A stretch of DNA of 64,000 nucleotides from an uncultured delta proteobacterium (lineage in GTDB: Bacteria > Myxococcota_A > Polyangia > Polyangiales > Polyangiaceae): contig CAVOKF010000006.1 of NCBI GenBank assembly GCA_963696385.1, forward strand, positions 96,001-160,000, written 5' to 3'. Position 1 is the stretch's first letter. The number at the start of each line of letters is the position of its first letter. Positions 50,836-61,252 of the stretch are shown here, in pieces. Below the pieces are notes generated by a model. That model had not been told where the DNA came from. It saw nothing but the letters and a program-made list of their open reading frames with translations, and did no database searches. Position numbers and translations under genes: made by a program.

Positions 50836-51196
50836 GCCCCGATCCATGGCCGTGAACGACGAGTGCATCGGACGCACCTACGCGGCGACGCGAAGAGGGG
50901 ACCCACGCCCCGATCCATGGCCGTGAACGACGAGTGCATCGGACGCACCTACGCGGCGACGCGAAGAGGGGACTCACGCCCCGATCCACGGCCGTGAACG
51001 ACGAGTGCATCGGACGCACCTACGCGGCGACGCGAAGAGGGGACCCACGCCCCGATCCATGGCCGTGAACGACGAGTGCATCGGACGCACCTACGCGGCG
51101 ACGCGAAGAGGGGACCCACGCCCCGATCCATGGCCGTGAACGACGAGTGCATCGGACGCACCTACGCGGCGACGCGAAGAGGGGACCCACGCCCCG
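50836..51196. repeat. 71-bp tandem repeat x5
   Basis: GCCCCGATCCATGGCCGTGAACGACGAGTGCATCGGACGCACCTACGCGGCGACGCGAAGAGGGGACCCAC at 50836, 50907, 50978, 51049, 51120. Confidence 0.95.
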
Positions 51197-51219
51197 AAGC
51201 CATCCTGCGGGACCCGCTC

Positions 51220-51402
51220 GGCGGTCACGGCAGGGTTCGATGCTTCAGATCGGATTTGGAGGAGGTGTCTCGAATCGGTCGTGCGGCCGTCGTCGCATGC
51301 TGACCGAGCTTGTCGGCGGTCACGGCAGGGTTCGATGCTTCGAGATCGGATCTGGAGGAGGTGTCTGGAATCGCTCGTGCGATCGGATGCTGACCGAGCT
51401 CG
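51220..51402. repeat. imperfect ~94-bp direct repeat x2
   Basis: CGGCGGTCACGGCAGGGTTCGATGCTTC...ATGCTGACCGAGCT twice. Confidence 0.8.
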
Positions 51403-51459
51403 GTGTCAGCCAGAGGGTCCCGGTCGCCGAACTCCCGTGAGCGAGCCTCGCGCGGGTCG

Positions 51460-52059
51460 CTACGTCGGGCCGTTCGCAGGCATCGCGCCGAACCAACGCG
51501 CGTCCGCGAACGACGACGTGATCGTATAAATGCACGTGGCGGCGCCCTTGCGAAAGCACGCCGTCTGCGCCACCGAGCCCGGGCAGCCGACTGCCGTGAG
51601 AGCGCCGGCGAGGATGCCCTGCTCCATGATGCAATGGTGCGGAGTAGTCTTCTCCAGTTCGGCGTAGCCCGCTTCGAAGCGAAGGACTTTCCACCCACCG
51701 ATGGCCATCCCGCGGTTCGCGTGGTGGTACATCGCGTCGATGCCGTAGACGATGTCTCGGGCACAATGGGCCGTCTCGACGACGCGCTCCTTGTGGGTCA
51801 TGTCGAAAAGCGTCCGTCCCATGCGCAGAAGGCCGTAGTGACCGAGGGTTTGATCAATTTTCTCCATCAGATCGAGCAGCCACCCGATCGGATACCAGCC
51901 GTTCGGATCGATCTCGGCGATGCGACGGCTCTCTTCCGCCCCGAGCAATTGCTCGGGCAGTTTCAAGATGCGGTGCACGGCCAGAATGTCCGAGCCGAGC
52001 GTCTCGTGCCGGCGTCCGATGTATCCGCGGGGGCGCCTCATGGCTGGGGTCATGGCCAA
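51460..52059 (-). CDS. V4R/H-NOX-like small ligand-binding protein
   Basis: 'IDPNGWYPIGW', 'HHCIMEQGIL', 'QTACFRKGAATCIY'. Confidence 0.65.
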   Translation of the reverse strand: MAMTPAMRRPRGYIGRRHETLGSDILAVHRILKLPEQLLGAEESRRIAEIDPNGWYPIGWLLDLMEKIDQTLGHYGLLRMGRTLFDMTHKERVVETAHCARDIVYGIDAMYHHANRGMAIGGWKVLRFEAGYAELEKTTPHHCIMEQGILAGALTAVGCPGSVAQTACFRKGAATCIYTITSSFADARWFGAMPANGPT

Positions 52060-52516
52060 TCCTTCTGCCGCGCTTAGCGGGCGCGCCGACGCCGCTGCAC
52101 GGCGCCGGTGGCGAAACGCTCTACGATCATTGTAACGGGGTAGCGTCCTCGACGCGCACGCATTTTCCGAGCGCGGGGGACCGCCGTGGCGACAACGTAT
52201 CCAAAGGGAAGACGACCGACATGGCGCGATTCAAAACTTCCGCACATTTGGTTTCCTGGGCGGGGCGCTGCCCTCGCGCCGAGGAAAGCGCCGGCAGACG
52301 ACGCTCGACTCGCATTCGCCGCGGGGCTCCGTGGCTCATGACCACCCTCGTGCAGTGCGCCTGGGCAGCCATTCGCACCAAGGACTCTTAACCTGCGCGC
52401 CCAGTTTCATCGCCTCAAGTCCCGCGTTGGGCTCATGAAGGCGATCGTCGCCGTAGCCCCCCTCGATGCTCACAGCCGCGTACCACGTGCTCACAACTGG
52501 CAGCGAATACAAGGAC

Positions 52517-52627
52517 CTAGTGCACGTGCGCGAGGTAGGGCCAAGCATACTCGCGCAAAGATCAGCGCGCTGGCCAGACGGATCGAGCTCGTTGATAGTG
52601 GATGGCATCTGGCGCACGGTGCACTAG
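52517..52627. mobile_element. MITE-C copy 1
   Basis: TIR CTAGTGCAC(C)GTGCGC / GCGCACGGTGCACTAG; near-identical copy at 53999-54110. Confidence 0.88.
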
Positions 52628-52723
52628 TACCTCGATTCCGCGGAATGGAAGGGTCGTTTTCCGCGATATTCCCGACGGGATCGGGTGGTCTCACCCCTCC
52701 GTTTCATGGAATCGGGGTACTAG
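52624..52723. mobile_element. MITE-B copy 2
   Basis: Identical to 42348-42447. Confidence 0.92.
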
Positions 52724-53906
52724 TTCCGCTGGGCAGAAATTTGGCCAGATTCCGCGTTTCACGATAGCGGAGCGGCATGATCAATTACGCGGCGTTGGCG
52801 CACCGTCGGCACGGCGGGCGCCCGACGGTGCCGCTTGTGCTCTCGGCCGAAGAGCGGGCGAGGGTGGAGGCGGCCATGCGCCCTGCGACGGCCGAGCAAC
52901 GGATCGTACGTCGGGCGACGGCCCTACTGATGATGGCGGACGCGGTGCCGGGGACGGACATCGCCCGCGCGGTGGGGGTGCACATTCGCACGGTGCAGGA
53001 GTGGCGTCGGCGCTTTGATGCCGAGCATCCGGCCGACACGCTTGCGGACGCCCCGCGCTCGGGACGCCCGCCTCTCTCTCTCGGACGCCGACGCCGCGCG
53101 CATCGAGGCCGAGGCGTGCCGTCCACCCGAAGATGTAGGCGTGCCGGTCACGCACTGGTCGGAATCGTTGCTCGGCGAGCACGTTCGCCAGCAGGGGATC
53201 GAGGTCAGCGACCGCACCGTGGGGCGCATCCTGCACGACGCCGACCTTCAACCTCATCGCCAGAAGATGTACCTGACGTCGCACGACGAGGAGTTTCGCT
53301 GAGAAGCGCGATGACGTGTTGCGCCTCTACTACGAGACGCCCACCGACGAGCGCATTATCTGCCTCGATGAGAAGACGGGCATCCAGGCGATCGAGCGCC
53401 GCTACGCGGACATCCCCATGCAGTCGGGGCAGCCGGTGCGCCGCGAGTTCGAATACATCCGTCACGGCACGCTCTGCTGGATGGGTGCATTCGACGTGCG
53501 TCGCGGTCGCCCCTTCGGCTTCGCCTCCTGCGACCACAACAGCGATACCTTCATCGACCTGCTCGATCTCGTGAACCTCTGCTACCCGGCCGGGCGCGGG
53601 CACTTCGTGATGGACAACCTGTCCGCCCACGACACGCCCGACGTCAACGAGTGGCTCGACGAGCACCCGCGTTGGACCCGACACTTCACGCCCAAGCACG
53701 CATCGTGGCTCAACCAGATCGAGTGCTGGTTCTCCATCCTTCAGCGACGCGTGATCGCTCGAGGTTCCTTCTCCTCGACCGAGCAACTCGCCGAGCGGCT
53801 CAACGCCTACGTCCTCTGGCACCTGCGCACTGACCAGCCCTTCCACTGGTCCTACCGCCCCAAGTCGTGGGGCGAATCCGGTGGGACTTCCGCCGAGCGG
53901 AACTAG
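52720..53906 (+). mobile_element. IS630-family element, transposase split into three ORF pieces
   Basis: IR CTAGTTCCGCT.GGC.GAA / TTC.GCC.AGCGGAACTAG; 'DAPRSGRP', 'CLDEKTGIQA', 'MDNLSAH', 'SWLNQIECWF'. Confidence 0.9.
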
Positions 53907-54002
53907 TACCTCGATTCCGCGGAATGGAAGGGTCGTTTTCCGCGATATTCCCGACGGGATCGGGTGGTCTCACCCCTCCGTTTCATGGAATCGGGGTACT
54001 AG
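53903..54002. mobile_element. MITE-B copy 3
   Basis: Identical to 42348-42447. Confidence 0.92.
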
Positions 54003-54110
54003 TGCACCGTGCGCGAGGTAGGGCCAAGCATACTCGCGCAAAGATCAGCGCGCTGGCCAGACGGATCGAGCTCGTTGATAGTTGATGGCATCTGGCGCAC
54101 GGTGCACTAG
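53999..54110. mobile_element. MITE-C copy 2
   Basis: Near-identical to 52517-52627. Confidence 0.88.
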
Positions 54111-54368
54111 GCGCTGCACACTTCGATCGACGAGACCACGCCAAGCTCGCCAAACGGCTCGTACTACGCCTCGAAGGCCTGGGCCTCAAGGTCTCCGTCC
54201 CCCAAGCGGCGTAGGCCTCGGGTTTCTTGCTAGGCGCGCCAGCCGGCGGGCGCTGGACGGCGCGGTGCGGGAAAAGACAGTCAGCCGTGCGCGTCTCGTT
54301 ACTTGAAGGACTCGCGGGCAGGTTTTTTTTCATCCTTAATTGGCCATTCCGCGCGTCGCCTAAACTAA

Positions 54369-54468
54369 GGCGCCGTCCGTAAATAATGGAACGGATTGGG
54401 CGCGCGCCGATAGACCTTCCTCGATACTGGAGAGCGAGATTACAGGTCCGTAATTCATGGACGACGCC
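54369..54468. mobile_element. MITE-E (100 bp, IS5-like ends), copy 1
   Basis: TIR GGCGCCGTCC / GGACGACGCC, 3-bp duplication TAA; second copy at 60020-60119. Confidence 0.85.
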
Positions 54469-54522
54469 TAAGCGCAACGCGGGGCCAATCCGCAGCGAGA
54501 CGCAGACCTGCTTGGCGTCATC

Positions 54523-54700
54523 TGAGGTGGACCCCTTCGTTCGGACCAAAATGGTCGGCAGTTAAGGTAGGGCCTGCTCTCGTTCTTTCTCTCGCTCGCG
54601 GGATATCTAAAGTCAAATCGTAGTTGTTCTCGTCGTGAATTTCGTATCGGTCGTCGGTCGTCCACATAGACGTCCACGTGTCTGGTGGGAATTGAGGGGG
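54523..54700. mobile_element. solo end of the IS3 element
   Basis: Near-identical to 35755-35925. Confidence 0.88.
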
Positions 54701-54758
54701 GACGCCGGACGTGGGCGGTCGAATCTCTTCGATCGCCGACGCCCACGCGAACTTCGCA

Positions 54759-56138
54759 CTACAAGTTTTGCAGTTGGATTCCGAGCTGCAACGAGTTGGC
54801 TACGGGTTGCGGCCCGCCGGACGAGCCACGATCGACGTGCTGGTAGGTGGCGACGACTCGGGCCATATAGCTCTTGATGACGAGGGCGAGCGCGCCGTCG
54901 AACACCGTCCACCCCGGATCGATGGCCTGTTGTAGCCTCACGAGCGGCTGCAGTTTTCCGATTCCGAGGTCGGGGGTCAAATAGCTGAGAAGGAGATAGA
55001 ACGAATCATGGGGCGCTTCGGCGACCACGCCGTCGGTCCCGATCAACGTCGATGACGCGCCGGTCACGTAGCCCGGGGCAAACGAGTATCCCTTGTTGAA
55101 GTTGTAAAATTGTCCTTCGACCGTGAACGTTCCGGAGTCGGTGGCCTCCTCCACGAGAGCGTCAGCCATGAAAAGGGCCGTGTCTTTCGGCGTCGCGGTC
55201 GTCGTATCGATGGAGCCTGACTTCTGGTACTGGGCGCCCAGTCCGATCGTCGCGACGCTTTTCGCGCCGTAATACGTGCTCGACCCAAAATAGCCGGGTT
55301 CGCTGCCTTGCAGGCTGTACGAGACGCGACCCGAAACATAGGGCTGCGTGCCGGGGCCGGACACGTCAATGCCATACACGCCAGCGTAGTACTTGAACTT
55401 GTCTTCGAACGCGTTGCCCCACAGGGTCACGCCTTGGTCGCGGCCGTTCGCGTTGTCCTTCGGCCCGAGTGGTGGACTTCCCGCGACGTAGAAGCCGGGA
55501 TAATTCCAGGGGCTCATGAAAAACGGTCCCGTGAAGTTCGAGCGATCGGAAGGAACGAGCAGGCGGCCGGCCCAGATGTTGAATTCCTTGATCGGCTGGT
55601 ATTGGGCAATGAGGTCCATGACCCCCACGGCGCCCTTTGCCGCCTCGAGGTCGGTGCCGACGACCAGTTCGCCGTTGAAGTTGGCGACCCAAGAAAATTG
55701 CTCGGTGACTTTCCCGTTGAAGCGTGCTTCGACCGTCGAGTCGTAGGCGTTGTCGAGGTGAACCTCCGTCATCTCCTTGGGCTTGTCGGGGTCTTGCAGG
55801 CGAAGCCCCGCGCGTACGCCAAAGCTGTAATTAATCTTGAACGGATTCGGGGCCGGCGGGGCCGGAGGCGGAGGAGGCATCGTCATCGCAGCGACCGGCG
55901 GCGGCGGTGGCGCCATCGGCGGTGGGGGCGGGGGCATCGCAGGCGGGGCCGGCGGCGCCTCGGCAGCGGGCGGTGCCGCAGCCATCGGGGGGGCCGCCAT
56001 ACTGCCCGCGTCCACGGCCGCTCCCACGGGGGCGGCGGCGGGAGACGTCTGGGCGAGCGCCGCCCCGGACAGCGTCACGACGGCGACCACAGACAAGACG
56101 GAATGTAAGATTGCAGATCCGGCTCTTCCTCGAAGCAT
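54759..56138 (-). CDS. outer-membrane porin (short-chain amide porin-like)
   Basis: GAGGAG RBS, signal peptide, Pro-rich linker, 'NIWAGRLLVPSDRSN', 'GRDQGVTLWG', 'EPGYFGSSTYYG', terminal 'LQLGIQLQNL'. Confidence 0.78.
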   Translation of the reverse strand: MLRGRAGSAILHSVLSVVAVVTLSGAALAQTSPAAAPVGAAVDAGSMAAPPMAAAPPAAEAPPAPPAMPPPPPPMAPPPPPVAAMTMPPPPPAPPAPNPFKINYSFGVRAGLRLQDPDKPKEMTEVHLDNAYDSTVEARFNGKVTEQFSWVANFNGELVVGTDLEAAKGAVGVMDLIAQYQPIKEFNIWAGRLLVPSDRSNFTGPFFMSPWNYPGFYVAGSPPLGPKDNANGRDQGVTLWGNAFEDKFKYYAGVYGIDVSGPGTQPYVSGRVSYSLQGSEPGYFGSSTYYGAKSVATIGLGAQYQKSGSIDTTTATPKDTALFMADALVEEATDSGTFTVEGQFYNFNKGYSFAPGYVTGASSTLIGTDGVVAEAPHDSFYLLLSYLTPDLGIGKLQPLVRLQQAIDPGWTVFDGALALVIKSYMARVVATYQHVDRGSSGGPQPVANSLQLGIQLQNL

Positions 56139-56168
56139 CCGACTCTCCTCTCGCAACACGTGATCTCC

Positions 56169-56250
56169 AATGCCCCGGCGCCGTGCCGACGCGATAAATG
56201 CCCCGGCGCTGCACCGACGCGATAAATGCCCCGGCGCTGTGCCGACGCGA
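56169..56250. repeat. 28-bp tandem repeat x3 in the divergent promoter region
   Basis: AATGCCCCGGCGC.G..CCGACGCGATA at 56169, 56197, 56225. Confidence 0.85.
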
Positions 56251-56474
56251 CGGCCGACCAGGGCCGACTCAGCCGTACTAATCGACGCGAGATGTCGTGG
56301 CGATTTCGTCTGGATAAACATTTGATGCATTCGCCGACTCGCCGGACGCGCTCTGCGCCCTTTGCGGCGATTGGCATCGGGAATTCTTTGCGTTATGGGT
56401 TTCCGGCACCGGGTAACGGGCTGCATACCGCAACGAAATCGCTTTGAAACACTTTGCCCGTTACGAGAATCGGC

Positions 56475-57158
56475 ATGGATTACGTGGCGGCAACGCCCTA
56501 TCCCTGGCCGTTCGACGGAGATCTTCGGCGCGACAACACGGCGCTCCTCGTCATCGACATGCAAACGGATTTCTGCGGCGTAGGCGGATACATCGACTTG
56601 CTGGGATACGACATTTCACTCACGCGCGCGTGCATCCAGCCGATTCGCCGCGTGCTTGGCGCATTCCGGGGGGCGGGGTATCCGGTTTTTCACACACGAG
56701 AGGGCCATCGACCCGACCTTTCCGATCTGCCGGCCAACAAGCAATGGCGGTCGCGTCGAACAAGCTCGGGAGTCGGAATAGGCGACAAGGGGCCGTGCGG
56801 GCGCGTTCTCGTCCGCGGCGAGCCCGGCTGGGACATCATCCCCGAGCTTGCCCCGAACGCAGGCGAGACGATCATCGACAAGCCCGGTAAGGGGAGCTTC
56901 TGCGCCACGGATTTCGAGCTCATTCTGCGGCTCCGAGGCATCCGCAATCTTGTTCTGACGGGCATTACGACGGACGTCTGCGTGCATACGACCATGCGGG
57001 AAGCCAACGACCGCGGGTTCGAATGCATGATTTTGCGCGACTGCTGTGCGGCCACCGATCTCGGCAATCACGAGGCTGCGTTGAAGATGGTTACGATGCA
57101 GCAAGGGGTATTCGGTGCGGTGAGCGAGTCGGCGGCCCTGCTCGACGTCTTGGTCTGA
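56475..57158 (+). CDS. biuH: biuret hydrolase (cysteine hydrolase family)
   Basis: 'PYPWPFDG', '[13 protein letters not shown]', '[10 protein letters not shown]', '[12 protein letters not shown]', 'GITTDVCV'. Confidence 0.85.
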   Translation: MDYVAATPYPWPFDGDLRRDNTALLVIDMQTDFCGVGGYIDLLGYDISLTRACIQPIRRVLGAFRGAGYPVFHTREGHRPDLSDLPANKQWRSRRTSSGVGIGDKGPCGRVLVRGEPGWDIIPELAPNAGETIIDKPGKGSFCATDFELILRLRGIRNLVLTGITTDVCVHTTMREANDRGFECMILRDCCAATDLGNHEAALKMVTMQQGVFGAVSESAALLDVLV

Positions 57159-57194
57159 GGCTTTTCCAACAGGCGCTCAAATTTACGCTGTCGT

Positions 57195-57385
57195 GAGGGT
57201 CCTCGTGATGGGAGGTCGTCGCGAGGGTCTTCGCTTCGTGATGGGAGGTCGTCGCGAGGGTCTTCGCTTCGTGATGGGAGATTTGTCGCGAGGGTCTTCC
57301 CTTCGTGATGGGAGGTCGTCGCGAGGGTCTTCGCTTCGTGATGGGAGATTTGTCGCGAGGGTCATCGTGATGGGAGCTCGTGGTG
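57195..57385. repeat. 33/34-bp tandem repeat, ~5.5 units
   Basis: CGAGGGTCTTCGCTTCGTGATGGGAG(GTC/ATTT)GTCG. Confidence 0.92.
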
Positions 57386-57578
57386 GGAGATCGGGTCGCC
57401 GAGGATGCGGTGCTTACCTTTAACGTTGGCGCAATAGGACGGAAACACCGCGCCTTCTAGCGTGCCGAATCGATGCTTTGGCGCCACGTACAGCAGTGTT
57501 GCCAATCGGCTTTGCGGGCCTCCGAACAATGCCCCTTGTCCGGCGTCCGGTGGACTCAGGGGCCTGGAGGCGCCCACC

Positions 57579-58247
57579 ATGGTTAGCGTCATCGTCAACG
57601 CCGAGCCGCAGCCGGTATCGATCGACGTCGATCGCACGGCTCTCGTCATCATCGACATGCAACGCGATTTTCTCGAGCCCGGTGGGTTCGGCGAAGCCCT
57701 GGGCAACGACGTTTCGCGCTTGAACGCCGCCGTTGGGCCCTGCATGGCTTTACTCGAGAGCGCGCGGGACAACGGTCTGTTCGTCATTCACACGCGAGAG
57801 GGGCACCGCGCCGACATGGCCGACGCGCCGAAGGCGAAAGTCGAGCGCGGCGCCCCCTCGCTTCGGATCGGAGACAGCGGGCCCATGGGGAGAATTCTCA
57901 TCCGCGGCGAGCCGGGACACGACATCGTTCCCGATCTTTACCCGCGCCCGGGCGAGTCGGTGATCGACAAGCCTGGAAAGGGCGCGTTCTTTGCGACGGA
58001 CCTGCACCTGATTCTGCAGAATCGCGGTATCGAAAACCTGATCGTCTGCGGCGTCACGACCGAGGTGTGTGTGAACACCACCGTCCGCGAAGCCAACGAC
58101 CGGGGATACCGGTGCATTGTCCCGTCGGATTGCTGTGCGTCTTACTTTCAGGAGTTTCACGACGTCGCCCTGCGCATGATCAAGGCCCAGGGCGGGATTT
58201 TTGGATGGGTTTCGGACTCGGCCCGAGTCATCGAGGCGCTCTCGTGA
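57579..58247 (+). CDS. trtA: triuret hydrolase-like cysteine hydrolase
   Basis: 'IDMQRDFLEPGGFGEALGNDV', 'GPMGRILIRGEPG', 'GVTTEVCV', 'CASYF'; adjacent to biuH. Confidence 0.78.
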   Translation: MVSVIVNAEPQPVSIDVDRTALVIIDMQRDFLEPGGFGEALGNDVSRLNAAVGPCMALLESARDNGLFVIHTREGHRADMADAPKAKVERGAPSLRIGDSGPMGRILIRGEPGHDIVPDLYPRPGESVIDKPGKGAFFATDLHLILQNRGIENLIVCGVTTEVCVNTTVREANDRGYRCIVPSDCCASYFQEFHDVALRMIKAQGGIFGWVSDSARVIEALS

Positions 58248-58296
58248 CCGACCCGAATCCCCGAGGTGAACGGCCCCAGCGCGAGGAGCAGATGCC

Positions 58297-59913
58297 ATGG
58301 CGACAGAGATGACCGCGGCGATTCCGGGTACAGCAGCGAAACCGAAGCTGTGGACTCCAGGCGACTGGAACGCCTACTTCGGCTTCGGAACCAACATCCT
58401 CGTCAATCTGCTCACGCTGACCGGGCTATTGAGATTCGTGCTGAAAATGCCGGATTCGCTGGTCTTCGGGCGAATCTTGCCCGCCACCGGTCTGATGATG
58501 TGCCTCAGCACGATGTACTACGCATGGCTCGCGTACCGGCTCGCTGCGCGAACGGGCCGCCGCGACGTCTGCGCCTTGCCGTCCGGCATCAGCGTGCCGC
58601 ACATGTTCGTCGTCACGTTCATCATCATGCTCCCGATCGCGGCCAAGACCGGAGATCCCGTCAAGGGTTGGGAGGCCGGGCTGACGTGGGTCTTCATCCA
58701 GAGCTTCGTGCTGATGGCTGGCGGGTTCATCGCTCCCTTCATTCGCCGGGTCACTCCGCGAGCGGCGCTGCTCGGTACCCTTGCCGGCGTTTCAATCGCG
58801 TTCATCTCGATGCGACCCGCGCTCGAGATGTTCATGACCCCGGTCGTGGCGATTCCCTGTTTTGCGATCATTCTGGCAAGCTGGTTTGGCGGGGTGCGGT
58901 ACTTCCGCGGGACGCCTGCAGGGCTCGTCGCCATTGCCGTCGGCACGGCGATCGCTTGGGCCTCCAGCGCTCTGGGACTGCACTACGGCGGGATGAATCT
59001 CGCCAATCTGACCGACGCGCTCTCGGGGTTCCATTTCGCGGTTCCCTTGCCCGCCGTCGATCACGTTTTCTCCGGCTTCCAATTCCTCGGAGTCATTCTG
59101 GTCACGGCCATTCCTTTCGGAATCTACGATCTGGTCGAGGCGATGGACAACGTCGAGAGCGCAGCCGTCGCGGGTGATTCGTTCCCGACGACGCGCGTGC
59201 TCACGGCCGACGGGGTCGTCAGCTTGATCGGCTGCCTGATGGGCAATCCGTTCATCAACGCCGTCTACATTGGCCATCCCGGCTGGAAGGCCATGGGAGG
59301 CCGTATCGGCTACTCCGCGGCGACCGGCCTCACGGTCATCATTCTCGCGTGGCTCGGGATCATCTCGGTCATGATGGCCGTCATTCCCGTGGTCGCCATC
59401 TCGCCGATCCTCTTGTACATTGGAATGCTCATCGGCTCGCAGGCGTTCCAAGAGACGCCGAAAAGCCATGCCCCCGCGATCGTGCTCGCCCTGACGCCCC
59501 ACGTCGCAGCGTGGGGCAAGTTGCAGATCGACAACGCATTGGGCGCGGCAGGGACCAACGCCTCGGCCGTGGGTCTCGACAAGCTCGGCCAAGTGGGAGT
59601 CCTGTATCACGGGCTCGCAGTCATGGGAGGGGGATCCATTCTTGGGGGGCTCGTGCTCGGCGCGATTGGGGTCTTCATCATCGAGCGCGAATTCATGAAG
59701 GCATCGACGTTCGCGCTCGTGGGCGCGATATTGACCTTCTTTGGCTTCATGCACGGCGAAGCCCTGGGCATCGGGCAAACTCCGACCGTCGCCCTCAGCT
59801 ACTTCGTGGTGGCCGGGATTCTCGCCGGATGCGGCAAGTTCGCTCACGTGACGCAAGGCGCCCCGTCGCACGCCGCGGTGGAGCACCAACCGATCCTCGA
59901 ACCAGGCGAATGA
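58297..59913 (+). CDS. NCS2-like (nucleobase) permease
   Basis: Many TM segments, 'ALPSGISVPH', 'DNVESA', 'VYIGHPGWKAMGGRIGYS'. Confidence 0.8.
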   Translation: MATEMTAAIPGTAAKPKLWTPGDWNAYFGFGTNILVNLLTLTGLLRFVLKMPDSLVFGRILPATGLMMCLSTMYYAWLAYRLAARTGRRDVCALPSGISVPHMFVVTFIIMLPIAAKTGDPVKGWEAGLTWVFIQSFVLMAGGFIAPFIRRVTPRAALLGTLAGVSIAFISMRPALEMFMTPVVAIPCFAIILASWFGGVRYFRGTPAGLVAIAVGTAIAWASSALGLHYGGMNLANLTDALSGFHFAVPLPAVDHVFSGFQFLGVILVTAIPFGIYDLVEAMDNVESAAVAGDSFPTTRVLTADGVVSLIGCLMGNPFINAVYIGHPGWKAMGGRIGYSAATGLTVIILAWLGIISVMMAVIPVVAISPILLYIGMLIGSQAFQETPKSHAPAIVLALTPHVAAWGKLQIDNALGAAGTNASAVGLDKLGQVGVLYHGLAVMGGGSILGGLVLGAIGVFIIEREFMKASTFALVGAILTFFGFMHGEALGIGQTPTVALSYFVVAGILAGCGKFAHVTQGAPSHAAVEHQPILEPGE

Positions 59914-60019
59914 CATAAGTATACCGCCCCCAGAACAAAGGGATCCGTCGGGCGGTTTACTTCAATCGCCGGGATGCGATGGGGGGGGTTGGGGCGAAGC
60001 CCCAAGGAAAATCATCTTA

Positions 60020-60119
60020 GGCGCCGTCCGTAAATAATGGAACGGATTGGGCGCGCGCCGATAGACCTTCCTCGATACGGGAGAGCGAGATTACAGGTCC
60101 GTAATTCATGGACGACGCC
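60020..60119. mobile_element. MITE-E copy 2 (partial third copy ~60298-60339)
   Basis: One difference from 54369-54468; 3-bp duplication TTA. Confidence 0.85.
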
Positions 60120-60411
60120 TTAGTACGGCGCCAGCCTGCAAAGCAGGCGTACCCCAGCGAAGCTGGGACGTTCAACGGGGCGCCAGGGTTCTTGCGACGT
60201 AATTTCGAGTTAGGACGGCGGACGGTAAAACAAGGGGGATCGTGAATCGGCGGCGCCCCGGTTGATTGTGGGAATTTTTCGAGCGGCGCGAGCGGATCGG
60301 GAGAGCGAGATTACAGGTCCGTAATTCATGGACGACGCCTTAGTACGGCGCCAGCCTGCAAAGCAGACGTACCCCAGCGAAGCTGGGACGTTCAACGGGG
60401 CGCTGTACTAA

Positions 60412-60604
60412 GGTTTTGCGCACGAGATCGTCGGACAGTTCGGCAGGTGGCTTGGGCAAGCCGTCGCCAGCGTGGCCGTTTATACGGCCCAGGTTTTGCG
60501 CACGAGATCGTCGGACAGTTCGGCAGGTGGCTTGGGCAAGCCGTCGCCGGCGTTGCCGTTACACGGCCAAATGTTTGCGCACGAGATCGTCGGACAGTTC
60601 GGCC
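60412..60604. repeat. 80-bp-period repeats containing the urtE 3' end
   Basis: TTTGCGCACGAGATCGTCGGACAGTTCGGC recurs at ~60415, ~60495 and ~60574. Confidence 0.85.
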
Positions 60605-61251
60605 ATTTTTCCCGAGGCCACGACCGTTCCGCGATCCATCAAGAAAAACTGTTCGGCGGTCCGGCGTGCGAACGGGAGCTTCTGCTCGATGAGCAGCACG
60701 GAGACGTTCTCTTCGGTGTAGAGGCGCCGAATGACGTCGCCGATCTCGTGGACGATGTTCGGCTGGATCCCCTCGGTCGGCTCGTCCATGAGTACGCATT
60801 TGGGTTGCAGCGTCAGCGCGCGTGCGATGGCAAGCTGCTGTTGCTGCCCGCCCGACAGGTCGCCGCCCCGTCGACGCATCATGGCGCGCAGCACCGGGAA
60901 GAGGCGAAAGACGAGATCGGGAATGTCGCGAGATCGCCCACGCGCGAGCGTGCCGACGCGAAGATTCTCTTCGACGGTCAAGTCGGGAAAGATCTCGCGC
61001 CCCTGGGGGACGTAGCCGATGCCCACACGCGCCCGCTCGCTCGGATCGGCGCCCACGAGCTCGCGACCGTCGAATCGCACGCTGCCCGAGCGTATCGCGA
61101 CGGTCCCCATGATGGCCCGCAAGAGCGTCGTCTTGCCGACGCCGTTGCGTCCCATGACGCAGGTGCACGACCTGTCCGGAACCGTGAGCGTCGTGCCGCG
61201 AAGCGTATGGCTCCCACCGTAGTATTGATTGACCTCGCGAGCTTCCAGCAC
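60559..61251 (-). CDS. urtE: urea ABC transporter ATP-binding protein
   Basis: 'YYGGSHTL', 'RRGGDLSGGQQQQLAIARAL', 'DEPTEGIQPNIV'. Confidence 0.9.
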   Translation of the reverse strand: MLEAREVNQYYGGSHTLRGTTLTVPDRSCTCVMGRNGVGKTTLLRAIMGTVAIRSGSVRFDGRELVGADPSERARVGIGYVPQGREIFPDLTVEENLRVGTLARGRSRDIPDLVFRLFPVLRAMMRRRGGDLSGGQQQQLAIARALTLQPKCVLMDEPTEGIQPNIVHEIGDVIRRLYTEENVSVLLIEQKLPFARRTAEQFFLMDRGTVVASGKMAELSDDLVRKHLAV

Positions 61252-61252
61252 G

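Larger units (their letters stand above)
52285..54215 (+). pseudogene. 3' remnant of a second, different IS110-family transposase, split by the MITE/IS630 stack
   Basis: 'AGRRRSTRIRRGAPWLMTTLVQCAWAA' ... 'EYKDL|GAAHFDRRDHAKLAKRLV' is contiguous across the CTAG at 52517/54110. Confidence 0.8.
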
